NCBI GenBank assembly: GCA_963815115.1
Contig: CAWFFN010000005.1
Coordinates: 1,408,001-1,472,000 of the forward strand
Length of the DNA: 64,000 nt
Direction of reading: 5' to 3'
Origin: an uncultured delta proteobacterium
GTDB taxonomy: Bacteria; Desulfobacterota; Binatia; DP-6
The position numbers and the translations under genes are program-made. Shown one piece after another: positions 10,629 through 21,230 of this stretch. The notes under the pieces were generated by a model. The model had not been told where the DNA came from and did no database searches. It saw only the letters and a list, made by a program, of their open reading frames with translations. Numbering within the stretch: the first letter of the stretch is position 1; each line of letters opens with the position of its first letter.

Positions 10629-10993
10629 CTTCTTCATCCAGCGGGCCGCCCGGCGCACCCGCGTCGGGCGGCGCCATCTCGCCTCTGCACGATCCGCTGG
10701 GAATTGTGAGATAAACCGATCCGGGGCCATCTGCGGAACAGCGGTGTTCGGCTCCGGCTTCAGCGCGACGCAGAATGCCTTTCGCTACGACGGATCGGGG
10801 CTTCCGGTCGACCTCGGCCCTAAGGAAATGGGTTACGACGTGTCCCAGTGCACCGGCCGCGCCGGGTCGGGACGGTAGACGCAGAAGTACCCGCGCCGCA
10901 CCGTCGCCGTCAGATGCCGGCCGAGCTCGGGATGACTCGCCGCGATCCGCTCGAGCGCGCCCTTGAGGCCCTTCGTCACCGCCACCCGAGGCC

Positions 10994-11078
10994 GATAGGA
11001 GCGATGAACGGGGTTTTGCGAAGGTTTACGGAACGCCCCATCTCGGACGTTCGCCGCGTGTTCGCCTGCTCCGTAACA
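10994..11078 (-). mobile_element. oriIS-like end downstream of the IS91-family transposase (copy 2)
   Basis: About 150 bp 3' of the transposase stop; ends ...CCGTTCATCGCTCCTATC, resembling ISCR oriIS (TTTGAAxTTCCTAT); stem TTACGGA 11026-11032 / TCCGTAA 11070-11076. Confidence 0.6.
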
Positions 11079-11229
11079 ACGCAGCGCACAATCGGTGGGC
11101 CGGGGTGGCCGCAGGGGTCCTCCCGTGGGGCCGGGGCCGCCGTCGGGAACCCGACTGGGCGGTGGTCAGTCGCCAGACATCGCCGGGCGGACACACCCCG
11201 GGCGTCGGCGCGGGCACCGGTGGACGGGC

Positions 11230-12912
11230 TCAGCTCCAGTCGAACAGGTCGGACGGCGCCGGCCGGAGCGCTGACGCCTCGGTCGGGAGCCCGAGGTGGG
11301 TGAGAATCCTCCGGATGACGACGGGGTCCTCGATGGTGGCCACGACGCGCATGCGGCCGCCACACCGGAGCACAAGCCAACACGTCCACCCCGAACGTAT
11401 GCCGCATCAGCTCCGGCCACGACCACTTGCGCGACGCCGGCGGTGGGGGCGCCTCCACGCTCACGGTGGTGGCCGGGTCTCGACTCGTCACCGGCGCCGG
11501 AGCCGACAGCGGGTTCGCTCTGGTGTCCGCCGAGCGTCACGACGGGATCGCGGTGCGCCGCAACACTCACCTCCAGTCCGCCGTCGGACGGCGGTGCGTT
11601 CGATGGAACGGGCGGAGTTGCCGACCCGCACGCGACCGCAGCGTTGCGACCGACGGGGGCGAGGGTGTCCCGCCCGTAGGCGACCGCCCGGGCGCGCCAC
11701 CGACTGTGCGGCGCTAACACACCATGGTATAGAACGAGGTTGATCGCGCGGGCGCGGCGTGAGCGCCGCCAGCCGTTCGAGCAACTCGATCGGTTCGAAC
11801 AAGAGGTGCGTGGTGCCGTCGCTCCATTCCGCCTTCAAGGTGAGGAGCACGCGGCCATCGGCGGTGCGGCTCAACCGTTCCTGCGCGATCGGCGGCCGCA
11901 GGACGTAGCGCGCGAGCTGTTCCAGCCCGTCGCGGTTGTTCGCCGCGACGGCGACGTTGGCGTGGAGATCGAAGCCGTCCAGGTGGGCCTGGCGGGTGCC
12001 GGTGGTGGTCACCCAGGGCGCGCCCGGCACGCGGCCGAGCTGCAGCACCCGCGCCCCGGCCCGCGGCCCGAGGGCGCTGCGGCCCTGGACCGCCGCACTC
12101 GTGATGCCGGCGAGCGCGAGGGACGTCTCGGCCAGGGGATCGCGCGCGTCGTCGTCTTCGGCCTCCACGAACACCCCGCGCCGCCGCAGCAGGCGCAGGA
12201 CGCGGGTGCGGATGGTGGCGACGAGCCGGGCGACCTCGGCATCGGTCGGCGCCGGGGCCGGGTGGAAGCGCAGCGTGCCGTCGGCGGCTTCCGTGAACAC
12301 GCCGTCGAGGAACAACGCGTGGCTGTGCACGTTGAGCTGGAGGCCCGAGCCAAAGCGTTGGATCACCGTCACCGAGCCGGAGTCGCCGTCGATCCCCCCG
12401 GCGCGCCGCGCCCGCCGACGATACCAGCCGAGCACGGCCCGCAGGAACACCCCGATGACGGCCCGACAGAGTGCGTGGTCGAAGGCGAGCCGGTAGCGCA
12501 GCCGGTGGGGGACGGTGAGCACCCATTGCCGGACCGGGACCCAGGGCAGGATCGCCTGGACGAGATTCGCCGCCTGCTCCGCCATGCGCCGCCCGCCGCA
12601 ACTGGCGCAGACCGCGCGGCCTTTGCAGGACAGCGGCAGGAGGCGCTCGAACGCACAGTCGTCGCACCGGACCCGCAAAAAGCCATGGACGAGCAGCCCG
12701 CAGCGGAGGAAGCCGCGGAGCTCGCGCTCGATGAAGCGGGGCAGGCCGACCCCGTCGGTGCGGGCGGCGGCCGCGGCGAGGAAGGTCTCCAGATGCTCCT
12801 GGACCACCCCGTGCAGGACCGTGTCGGCGGCGGCGCGCGGAGCGTAGGGAGCCACGGCGCGGGGCCCAGCGGCTTCCGTGCCGTGCGGCAACGCCTCGCT
12901 GCAGGACGCCAA
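11230..12912 (-). mobile_element. IS91/ISCR-family rolling-circle (HUH) transposase, frameshifted
   Basis: Zn-binding N-terminus (FLRCG..HGF.RVRCDDC..SCKGRAVCASC), RQWVLT, QRFGSGLQLNVHSH (HUH), LARYVLRPP, LYHGV and a C-terminal W..LMR.TFGVDVLAC..CGGRMR. Frameshifts near 11745, 11715 and 11370. Confidence 0.9.
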
Positions 12913-13179
12913 GACGAGCTGGCACTGGGCACCGAGGCGGCGGGGTCAACACCCGGCGCAACCGCGCGTTACACTGCCGGCCATCGGTCGGCTCGCTACG
13001 ATCTGCTACGACCGCGTGCGCGGGCCAGGCTCGATGATCAAGTCCTCGGGGAGGTCGTCGTCCTGGGGGTGTGGGTTGCGGAGGGTGACCGCCCAGCGCC
13101 GGATCGGCTTGCATCAGCGCCGCGATGCCCGTCGGAGGCCGAAGCCGGAAGTGCCACTCGTCCCGAGGGAACACCGCGG

Positions 13180-13363
13180 TCCGCGCGACGAGCGCGTCCG
13201 CGACGAGCGTGGCCATATCGTCATGCCCCCCGGGCGCATGGTCGATGCTGTCTCGGTCGCTGCGGCTGGTCCGGCCTTCGAGCCCGATGAGCCGAGTGGC
13301 CAGCCAAGACACCTCGAGCAACTCGGCCCGACCGGCTTTCACGAGCGGGAGAAAGTCGAGGTT
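13180..13363 (-). pseudogene. Phage terminase large-subunit-like C-terminal remnant
   Basis: LDFLPLVKAGRAELL...LIGLEGRTSRSDRDSIDHAPGGHDDMATLVADAL matches the LERRT..GRDSIDHP.G.HDD pattern. Confidence 0.55.
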
Positions 13364-13709
13364 AGCGGTCGCTCTTCCACCGCTCAGCGATGAACGACGC
13401 CGTGCGCGAGTTACTGCGTGCCCTGGCCCTCCCGGCTCAAGAGCAAATACATTACTGATGAGGCTTGCGAAGTGAGAGGAAGGCATGCTTGAAGGTCGGC
13501 AGGAAGCAGCGATGGATGCGTTTGCGCTGACGGATGGGTGGCCCGGATCACCACGCCGCGCGGGGGCGTCGGCGGATACCTGTGTGATCACGAGGTGAGG
13601 AAGGTAGCCGCGGCAACCCAACCCCGCCCCCTGCGCGCTCCCTCCGGGTCGTTCCCTCCGCCATGGGGCGACAGCTGGTGAGAACACCAGAGCAAACGGA
13701 GGACGCGCC

Positions 13710-14627
13710 ATGTCCACGTCGCACGGCACCGCAGCGCAGCGGGCTCTCTGGAAACTTCCCCTCGGCTCCCTGGTTCTCGTGGCCTCCGCCGGCATCGGCC
13801 TCTTCGCAGGGGATGCCACCGCCGGCCTGAGTCCCGGCCAGACCTGCGCGGCCAAGAAGCTCAAGGAGGCGGTGAAGGTGGTCGGGACGATGCTCAAGTG
13901 CGTCCTGCCACCGGGACCACCTACCGACCAGGGTGTTCCCCCGGGCCCCTGCACCCAGGCTGCCGGCGCGCGCCTCGCCGAAGCCTTCGTCAAGCTCGAG
14001 GCCAAGGGCGGCTGCGTCACCACCGACGATGCCCACTCGATCCAGCTGACGCTCGAGGACCTGGTCGCAAGGCTGTCGGTACTCCTGCCATCCGACCCGC
14101 CGTGCGCCGTTCCGGAGCAGGCGTGCGGGTCGTGCGCCGGCGGCGGCATCTGCGAGCCGGCGCTCCCCAGCAGTCAGAATCGGAATGTGTGCATCGATCA
14201 CGGGGCGATCGTCGGCCACACCTGTTCGCTGACCACGTGCGCCTCCGATGCCGATTGTCCGAAGGGCGAGGCGTGCTTCCAGCCAAGCGGGACGACCACG
14301 GAGGTCCCGCCGGTGTGCTGCTCCGTCTGTCCGGGTTGCAACGACAACGATCCCTGCACGCAGGACCTGGAGGACGGACCCCTGTGCGCGCACAGGCCCG
14401 CCCCTGACGCGATTCTGTGCGACGACGGCAATTTCTGCAACGGGCATGAGACCTGCCACCAGGCCGCCTGTAGGGCCGGGGCTCCCCCGATCTGTATTGA
14501 CGGGAACGATTGCACTGTCGACTTCTGTGACCCCATCACGGGCTGTGGGCACACGAATCTTCCACCCACCACCCCCTGCTCCCTGGGGGCTGGGGTCGGT
14601 CATTGCCAGGACGGCGTGTGCGAGTAG
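13710..14627 (+). CDS. Secreted Cys-rich protein (helical N-domain plus CxDxNxCTxD repeats)
   Basis: RBS GGAGG, hydrophobic signal, [10 protein letters not shown] / [13 protein letters not shown] / [14 protein letters not shown]. Confidence 0.75.
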   Translation: MSTSHGTAAQRALWKLPLGSLVLVASAGIGLFAGDATAGLSPGQTCAAKKLKEAVKVVGTMLKCVLPPGPPTDQGVPPGPCTQAAGARLAEAFVKLEAKGGCVTTDDAHSIQLTLEDLVARLSVLLPSDPPCAVPEQACGSCAGGGICEPALPSSQNRNVCIDHGAIVGHTCSLTTCASDADCPKGEACFQPSGTTTEVPPVCCSVCPGCNDNDPCTQDLEDGPLCAHRPAPDAILCDDGNFCNGHETCHQAACRAGAPPICIDGNDCTVDFCDPITGCGHTNLPPTTPCSLGAGVGHCQDGVCE

Positions 14628-14902
14628 CGCGCACGCGCGGGGCCTGAACGGCGCGGGGGTGTGCACGGCGACGTGCTGATCGTCGGCACGTCGCCGGTCG
14701 CCGGCGCGTCACCGTTCGGCGAGCAGGATGAGCTCGACGACGAACGCGGCCGAGCCGGCGCGCTCCGGACGGCGTGCAAGCGACCCCAGCGCATCAGCAG
14801 CGCCCGCCCGCTTCCTCCTCGAGCAAGCACGCGGCGTCGCACGTCGCTGCCGTAGTCTCAATTGAGCCTACCGACAAGCGGGCTGCAGGTGAAGAGACCA
14901 AG

Positions 14903-15129
14903 ATGGCGGACTGGGTGCCGCGGCGGACGGCGTGCGGCATTTGGAGCGCGGGCGCCAGCCCGATGGTCGACTTCCAGGGCCTGGTGGGGCGGCGAGCACG
15001 GACGAACCCCGGTGCGCTGCTGCGCGGCGGCTCGTTCGTCGACGGGACGTTCGCCGGCCCGCTCAGGTCTATGGCCACATCAGCTCGTCGTTCCCGGGCG
15101 GCGGCATCGACTTTCGGTGCGCGTGCTAG
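14903..15129 (+). pseudogene. C-terminal remnant of an FGE-sulfatase/C-type-lectin-fold protein
   Basis: ADWVPR..C..W...PGALLRGGSF.DG.FAGPL then, in a shifted frame, GIDFRCAC*. Confidence 0.5.
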
Positions 15130-15270
15130 AAAACTGAAGCCCTGACCCGTCGAGCCGCCATCGACGCCTCGCTCCGGAGCAGCGCGGCTCGGCCATGCGC
15201 AGAACGACGCCGGACCTGGAGCAGCCTGGGGCCGATTGCACTGCGGGAAGCCCGATCGCATACTCGAAGA

Positions 15271-15483
15271 GTGCGGCTCGGCCAACGCTTCGATGTGGCG
15301 GATTGGAACCGTCTCGACCTAGAGGCGCAGCGCGCACGCCTGCACGACGTCCCGATCGAGCAGCGTTTGGAGGAGGTGCTGGCCTGGTCGGCGGTGCTGC
15401 TGGCCGACGAGCTCGAGCGTTCGGGCGGGCGTCCCCTGGCGGAGCGTCCGGTTCCGGCGGGCTTGGGCAGCCACCTGCGGTGA
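15271..15483 (+). CDS. Small protein, putative antitoxin partner of the nucleotidyltransferase
   Basis: 70 aa; stop overlaps the next GTG (GTGA). Confidence 0.45.
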   Translation: MRLGQRFDVADWNRLDLEAQRARLHDVPIEQRLEEVLAWSAVLLADELERSGGRPLAERPVPAGLGSHLR

Positions 15484-15974
15484 AGTACGACGCCGCGGAG
15501 CTGCAGCGCGTCTTTGCTGAGCAGATCGCCGCGCTCGGCCGAGCGCTGAGCTCGATCGGAGCGGAATACATGCTCATCGGCGGTCTGGCGGTCGGAGTAT
15601 GGGCCGAGCCGCGAGCGACCAAGGACTGCGACGTATCCCTGCGGGTACGTGCGTCTCCCGCTGAGCTCCGGGACGCGCTGACGAACGCCGGGCTCGAGGT
15701 CCTGCGTGGAGACCTCGCTCGCGCGCACGCCAAGGGTGAGGCCGTCCGTCTCAGACGTCCGCGGCGAGACTGACGAACCGATCGTCGTTGATCTCCTGTT
15801 CGCCTTCCGGAGGATCTCTTCGTGTTCAAGCTCATCGCGGGCCGGCCCCAGGACATGGCAGATGCACATCGAATCTTCGCGCTTCATGGAGCCACCTTCG
15901 ATCTCGAGCGAGTCCGCCGCTGGTGCCGGGACTTCGAGGTAGAAGAACGCCTCGACGCGCTCGCCACGACCTGA
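15480..15974 (+). pseudogene. Pol-beta-superfamily nucleotidyltransferase (DUF6036/AbiEii-like) with frameshift and internal deletion
   Basis: YMLIGGLAV..WAEPRATKDCD, VDLLFA, EDLFVFKLIAGRPQDMAD. Confidence 0.7.
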
Positions 15975-16090
15975 TCTGGCCAGAGCGGAGCTTCGATGCA
16001 GTGGCGGCATGGTTCGTCGCGCCGGGAGCAGTGAAGGCCGACCATGTGCCGGAAGGTGAGGTTCACACGTGGTCCCGGTAGCGGCCGAGC

Positions 16091-16240
16091 GTGCGCTCGT
16101 TTCTCGACTGGCAGGCGTCGCTCGATCGCATCGACCAGGCGGAGGCGGCGCTCGCCGCCTCCCGGGTCCAGTTCGACCTGGCCGAGAAGCGCTACGAGAC
16201 CGGACTCGGCTCGATCATCGAGCTGACCGACGCGCAGCGG
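16091..16240 (+). pseudogene. TolC-family outer-membrane protein fragment
   Basis: AEAALAASRVQFDLAEKRYETGLGSIIELTDAQ; no N-terminal part. Confidence 0.6.
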
Positions 16241-16277
16241 CGCTTTCGGTCCGCGCGACTTTTGTCCAGCGGCCGGC

Positions 16278-17960
16278 TCACGCCGCGGGCGACGCATCTC
16301 CGCCGGGGCCGACCAGGCCTGCAGCGCGCAGAGCGCGATAGGTCGTGTAGCCGCCCGAGAGGTTCGCCGCGTCGTGGTCGTGCTGGCGCAGCAGGCGCAC
16401 GGCATAGTAGCCGCGCTGCCCCACCTGGCAGTACACGGCCAGCGGCCGATCACGCGGCAGGTCCGCATGGCGCCGACGGAGCTGGGACAGCGGGACGTTG
16501 ACCGCGCCCTCGATATGTCCGGCGGCAAACTCCTCCGCCTCGCGCACGTCGATGACGTGTCGCTCGCCGAGGCGCTGCCAGTCCGCGAGCGGCATGTCCC
16601 CGTCCAAGTGATTGGTGGCGATCATGCCGGCAAGGTTCACGGGATCTTTCGCGGCCCCGAACTGCGGCGCGTAGCACAGCTCCGCTTCCGCGAGGTCGCG
16701 CACCGTGCCGCCCATCTGGATCATCGTGGCGATCACGTCGATACGCTTCTCGACGCCCTCGAGTCCGATGGCCTGGGCGCCGAGCACCCGGCCCTCCGGG
16801 ACGGAGAACAGCAGCTTCAGATGGATCGGGCGTGCGCCGGGATAGTAGCCGGCGTGATGGCCGGGATGCAGGTAGACGCGCTCGAAGGCGGTCACGCCCG
16901 CCCGCCGTAGTCCCTTCTCGCTGGCGCCGGTGGAGGCGACGGTCAGTCCAAAGACGCCCACCACCGCCGTGGCCTGCACGCCCCGGAACTCGCGATGGCG
17001 CCCGCAGATCGCGTCCGCGGCGACGCGGCCCTGGCGGTTCGCGGGGCCGGCCAGCGGCACGATCACGTCCTGGCCCGTGACGACGTCGCACACCTCCACC
17101 GCGTCGCCCACCGCCCAGATGGCCGGGTCGGCGGTCCGCATCTGGGCATCCACGAGGATCCCGCCGCGCGGGCCGAGCGGCAGTCCGGCGGCCGCCGCGA
17201 GGCCGGTCTCCGGCCGCACGCCGATGGCCAGGATCACGAGGTCGGCCGCGAGGCGCGCGCCGGATTCGGTGATGGCCACGATGCCCGAGCCGTCGGGCTC
17301 GAAGCGCGCCAGGCCGTCGCCCAGGCGCACCGTCACGCCCTGCTCGGCCAGGTGTGCGCGCACCGGTTCCGCCATCTCGGGGTCGAGCGGCGGCATCACC
17401 TGCGGCAGCTTCTCGAGCACGGACACCGCGAGGCCGCGGCGCGCCAGGTTCTCGGCCATCTCGAGGCCGATGAACCCGCCCCCGACGACGAGCGCCCGGG
17501 CCGGCTGGCGCTGCTCGATCCACGAGCGGATGCCGACGCTGTCGGGAATGGTGCGGACGGCGAAGATACCCGGGAGGTCGATGCCCGGCATCGCGGGACG
17601 GATGGGCGCCGCACCCGGGGACAGCACGAGCGCGTCATAGGGCTCCCGGCGCACGCGGCGGTTGGCGAGGTCGAGCACCGTGATCGTCTGCGCTTCCCGG
17701 TCGATCGCGGTCACCTCGTGCCGCGTGTGGACCGCGATGGCGAAGCGCTCGCGGAAGAGGTCGCTGGTGGCGACGAGCAGCTGGCGCTGATCCGCGATGA
17801 CGTTGCCGACGAAGTACGGCAATCCACAGTTGGCAAACGACACGTGTGGCCCGCGGTCGAAGATCACGATCTCCGCCGACTCGTCGAGACGGCGCAGCCG
17901 CGCGGCGCATGATGCGCCGCCGGCGACCCCTCCGACGATGAGGACGCGCCGCCTGGCCAC
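16278..17960 (-). CDS. cdr: CoA-disulfide/persulfide reductase with C-terminal rhodanese (CoADR-RHD)
   Basis: GGVAGGASCAARLRR, SFANCGLPY, GGGFIGLE, HHAGYYPGA, ELCYAPQFG, rhodanese YCQVGQRG; GTG start at 17960. Confidence 0.9.
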   Translation of the reverse strand: MARRRVLIVGGVAGGASCAARLRRLDESAEIVIFDRGPHVSFANCGLPYFVGNVIADQRQLLVATSDLFRERFAIAVHTRHEVTAIDREAQTITVLDLANRRVRREPYDALVLSPGAAPIRPAMPGIDLPGIFAVRTIPDSVGIRSWIEQRQPARALVVGGGFIGLEMAENLARRGLAVSVLEKLPQVMPPLDPEMAEPVRAHLAEQGVTVRLGDGLARFEPDGSGIVAITESGARLAADLVILAIGVRPETGLAAAAGLPLGPRGGILVDAQMRTADPAIWAVGDAVEVCDVVTGQDVIVPLAGPANRQGRVAADAICGRHREFRGVQATAVVGVFGLTVASTGASEKGLRRAGVTAFERVYLHPGHHAGYYPGARPIHLKLLFSVPEGRVLGAQAIGLEGVEKRIDVIATMIQMGGTVRDLAEAELCYAPQFGAAKDPVNLAGMIATNHLDGDMPLADWQRLGERHVIDVREAEEFAAGHIEGAVNVPLSQLRRRHADLPRDRPLAVYCQVGQRGYYAVRLLRQHDHDAANLSGGYTTYRALRAAGLVGPGGDASPAA

Positions 17961-18170
17961 GCCCCTCACCTCGCCGCCGTGCGGCAATGCCCGGCTCCGC
18001 CGAGACCGCCTCGGTGGGCGCGCCGGTGGCCAGCTCGGGCCCGCTCCGTCTTGCGGTCCAGCGTGACAGGGCCACGCGCGCTCCGGACCGCTGCCACGTC
18101 GCGGATCGTCACCGTGGCCCCAGCGACAGAATCCGGGCGGCGCAGCGGTCTTGGAGGCATTCGTACTCAT

Positions 18171-18186
18171 AGCACTCGGCGTGCCA
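18171..18186 (-). promoter_or_regulatory. Putative sigma54 -24/-12 promoter upstream of CoADR-RHD
   Basis: Minus strand TGGCACGCCGAGTGCT (GG-N10-GC). Confidence 0.55.
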
Positions 18187-18475
18187 ACGATGCACCGCGC
18201 ATCCTCCGGGCGGCATTCCCCTCCGTGCGACGCGCGGGCGCTTCGAACTGGCGCCGGCGAGAAACTCCGGCCGAGACGAGGTCCCGGGCCGGTCTGCCAG
18301 TCCGGCGTGACCTTCAGCCGGGTTGGCAGCGAGGGTATCTGCGCGCGCAGCACCAGCGGCTCGCCCTTGCTCCTCGGTGGTGATCTTCGCTCCGTGGTGC
18401 CAGAACGTCGCGACCTATTGGGTTCTGGTATGCTGTCGAGCGGGATCGGGCGGCTCGTGGCACAGGGAGTTCACG

Positions 18476-19177
18476 ATGGACATCCATCCATTCTTCGACG
18501 CAGCCACCTCGACGCTGACATACGTCGTGCACGACGGCGGCCACGCGGTGGTGATCGACCCGGTGCGAGACTTCGATCCGCGCAACGCCGGCACCTCGTG
18601 GGCGTTCGCACAGGCGGTCGCGGACCATCTCGACGAGCGGCGTCTGGTGGTCGACTACGCGATCGATACCCATGCGCACGCCGACCACATGACGGGCCTG
18701 CCGTTCTTCGTCGAGCGCTACGGTGCGCGCACGGTCACCGGGAGCAAAATCGGCGCCATCCAGCGCATCTTCCGCGACGTGTACGATCTCGGGCCCCACT
18801 TCCCCGTCGATGGCCGGCAGTTCGACGTGCTGCTGGACGAAGGCGATCGACTCGAGTTCGGGTCGCTCACCGTCCGGGCTCTGCACACCCCGGGCCATAC
18901 CCCGGCGCACATGTCGTGGCAGATCGGCGACGCGGTGTTTCTTGGCGATACCCTCTTCGCGCCCGACTACGGTACGGCGCGGTGCGACTTTCCGGGCGGC
19001 TCCGCGGAACAGCTCTGGGACTCGATCCAGCGGCTCTACGCCATGCCGGACGGCACCCGGCTGCAGGTGAACATCCGCGCCGGCGCGCTGCCCGAACCAG
19101 CGCCGAACGGCGTGTCCTACCTGCGCATCCCCCTCGACTACCTCGGCCGGCGGCGGACGCCCGAGGTGGCTCCGTGA
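18476..19177 (+). CDS. MBL-fold persulfide dioxygenase (ETHE1/PDO/Blh-like) with an internal in-frame deletion
   Basis: [41 protein letters not shown]; HDY segment absent. Confidence 0.85.
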   Translation: MDIHPFFDAATSTLTYVVHDGGHAVVIDPVRDFDPRNAGTSWAFAQAVADHLDERRLVVDYAIDTHAHADHMTGLPFFVERYGARTVTGSKIGAIQRIFRDVYDLGPHFPVDGRQFDVLLDEGDRLEFGSLTVRALHTPGHTPAHMSWQIGDAVFLGDTLFAPDYGTARCDFPGGSAEQLWDSIQRLYAMPDGTRLQVNIRAGALPEPAPNGVSYLRIPLDYLGRRRTPEVAP

Positions 19178-19602
19178 CCGAGTTCACGCCCGTCTCCTCG
19201 CTCGCCGGCGGCGCGCTCATCGGCGCCGCGGCGACGCTGCTGCTCTGGCTCGATGGCCGCATCGCCGGCATCAGCGGCATCGTCGGCGGTCTGCTGCGCC
19301 GCCGACCCGGCGACATGGCATGGCGCGCCGCCTTCGTCGTCGGTCTCCTCGCGGGTGGCCTCGTGCTGCGGCTCGTCGCCCCGGCCACGGTCGCCTTCGC
19401 GCTCCAACGTTCCCCGGCAACGCTGATCATTGCCGGCCTCCTGGTGGGGTACGGCACCCAGCTCGGCAACGGCTGTACGAGCGGTCACGGGGTGTGCGGT
19501 CTCAGTCGTGGGTCGCGGCGCTCGCTGGCGGCGACGGTCGCCTTCATGACGACGGGAGTCCTGACCGCGCTCGCGGCGCGCCTGCTCGGAGGCGCCCCGT
19601 GA
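19174..19602 (+). CDS. YeeE/YedE sulfur-compound transporter subunit (PmpA-like)
   Basis: [20 protein letters not shown]; overlaps the dioxygenase stop. Confidence 0.9.
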   Translation: MTEFTPVSSLAGGALIGAAATLLLWLDGRIAGISGIVGGLLRRRPGDMAWRAAFVVGLLAGGLVLRLVAPATVAFALQRSPATLIIAGLLVGYGTQLGNGCTSGHGVCGLSRGSRRSLAATVAFMTTGVLTALAARLLGGAP

Positions 19603-20051
19603 TCGCTCTGGCGGCGCTGGTGGCCGGTCTGGTGTTTGCCCTCGGCCTCGGGCTCGGTGGCATGACGCAGCCGGCAAAGGTGATCGGCTTCCTCGATGTC
19701 GGCGGCGATTGGGATCCGAGCCTCGCCTGCGTGATGGCGGGGGCGCTCGTGGTGCATGGGCTCCTCGTTCGGCTCGTCCTGCGCCGGTCGGCGCCTGTCC
19801 TGGCATCCCGCTTCGTTCTCCCCGCCCGCACCGATCTCGACGCATCCCTGATATCGGGAGGCGTGCTCTTCGGCGTCGGGTGGGGGCTCGTCGGCTTCTG
19901 CCCAGGTCCGGCGGTGACCGCACTCGGCGGCGGCATGCCCGAGGCCGTGGTGTTCGTGTCGGCCATGTTGGCCGGGATGGCGGTCGAGCACCTGGTCGCG
20001 CGCCGCCGCGCCAGCATCGGCGGAGCGGCCTCGGCTCCGGCCGTCAGGTAG
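19599..20051 (+). CDS. YeeE/YedE sulfur-compound transporter subunit (PmpB-like)
   Basis: [32 protein letters not shown]. Confidence 0.9.
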   Translation: MIALAALVAGLVFALGLGLGGMTQPAKVIGFLDVGGDWDPSLACVMAGALVVHGLLVRLVLRRSAPVLASRFVLPARTDLDASLISGGVLFGVGWGLVGFCPGPAVTALGGGMPEAVVFVSAMLAGMAVEHLVARRRASIGGAASAPAVR

Positions 20052-20068
20052 ACCCAAGCAGCTCGCCG

Positions 20069-20455
20069 ATGCGACGCCCCGCGCTCAACCTCGTGGTCGA
20101 TGCGATCGCGTTCGCGGGTTTCGTGTTCATGACCGCGAGTGGTGTCCTGCTGCGCTTCGTCCTGCCGCCGGGGAGCGGTCACCGCACGAGCATCTGGGGG
20201 CTCAATCGGCACGAGTGGGGGGGGATTCACTACTGGACGGCCGTCGCCCTCCTGACCGCGCTCTCGGTGCACGTCGTGCTGCACGGGAAGTGGATCGTGC
20301 ACATGGTTCGTGGCCAGCAACGCGAAGGCTCCGGCATCCGGGTCGCGCTGGGTCTCGTCGCCCTGGTGGCGATCCTGGCGCTGGCCGCCGCACCGCTCTT
20401 CAGCCCGGTTGAGCGGGTCGCACCCGCACGACGGCGGGGAGGGCACGACTTCTAG
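20069..20455 (+). CDS. DUF4405-like membrane protein (His-containing, cytochrome b-like)
   Basis: SGVLLRFVLPPG, GLNRHEWGGIHYW, HVVLH. Confidence 0.7.
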   Translation: MRRPALNLVVDAIAFAGFVFMTASGVLLRFVLPPGSGHRTSIWGLNRHEWGGIHYWTAVALLTALSVHVVLHGKWIVHMVRGQQREGSGIRVALGLVALVAILALAAAPLFSPVERVAPARRRGGHDF

Positions 20456-20630
20456 CGCGGCTCGATGTGTCCGCACGGGACGTGTGGAACCGCATCGTCC
20501 AGTTCGACACGAAAGACGGCATGTGCCGGTCGAAGACGTGGTGCGCCAGCCGTATGCCATGCCTGGATGTCGAAAATCCGTGAGGCGACTTGAAAGGTGC
20601 ACATTCAGATGAGACGATCGTGCGACAACG

Positions 20631-21038
20631 ATGAGCCCGACCCTACGAGGTGGCTTGCTCGTGCTGCTTCTCGCGACGACGGTGGGCGCTGCCGATCCGG
20701 CCGGTCGGACGCTGTATCTGCGCTACTGTGCCTCCTGCCACGGTCGTGACGGACGCGGTGACGGTCCCGTCGCTCCCGCGCTGGGTGAGAAGCCCACGGA
20801 CCTGACCAAGCTCGCTGCGGCGAACGGGGGCGTCTACAACCTGGACGCTGTCGTCGAGGCGATCGATGGAACACGCACGCTGCGCGCCCACGGGGTCTCC
20901 GAGATGCCGATCTGGGGCGAGGTCCTCCAGGCCGACCCCGCCGCGCCGCTCGAGCAACAGATCGTGGCGGGCGGGAGAGTCATTGCCATTGCCCGGTACT
21001 TGCGCTTCCTGCAAGGCGGCGGGCAGCCGTCTCACTGA
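20631..21038 (+). CDS. Periplasmic monoheme cytochrome c
   Basis: Signal peptide, YCASCHG, HG..EMPIWG. Confidence 0.9.
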   Translation: MSPTLRGGLLVLLLATTVGAADPAGRTLYLRYCASCHGRDGRGDGPVAPALGEKPTDLTKLAAANGGVYNLDAVVEAIDGTRTLRAHGVSEMPIWGEVLQADPAAPLEQQIVAGGRVIAIARYLRFLQGGGQPSH

Positions 21039-21230
21039 CCGTCGATCGCATCTGCGTGGCTGCCCACCGCGGCGAGCGCATCGCCGCCCCGCAGCGACGG
21101 CGCGACTCGCTCCGGTGATGCTCACGAATCTGCCGCCACGACGTCGAGCGGGACACGCACATGGCTGTCACCATCGCGAGTGTTCTTCCATTGTTGAGCC
21201 GGGTCGCCTCTGGCCAGAGGGGAGTGAGAG

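Noticed and set aside
10900-10980. Ribbon-helix-helix antitoxin fragment (ELGMTRRDPLERALEAL)
   Set aside because: Too short and without a start context to support.
10266-11078. MITE or Tn7-like element with TGT...ACA termini
   Set aside because: No target duplication (TCTCC versus ACGCA). The inner CCTATC ends and the adjacent HUH transposase favour oriIS; kept only as the alternative.
11714-14149. 811-aa ORF as a single gene
   Set aside because: Chance open frame across the transposase, the terminase-like remnant and the antisense of the Cys-rich gene.
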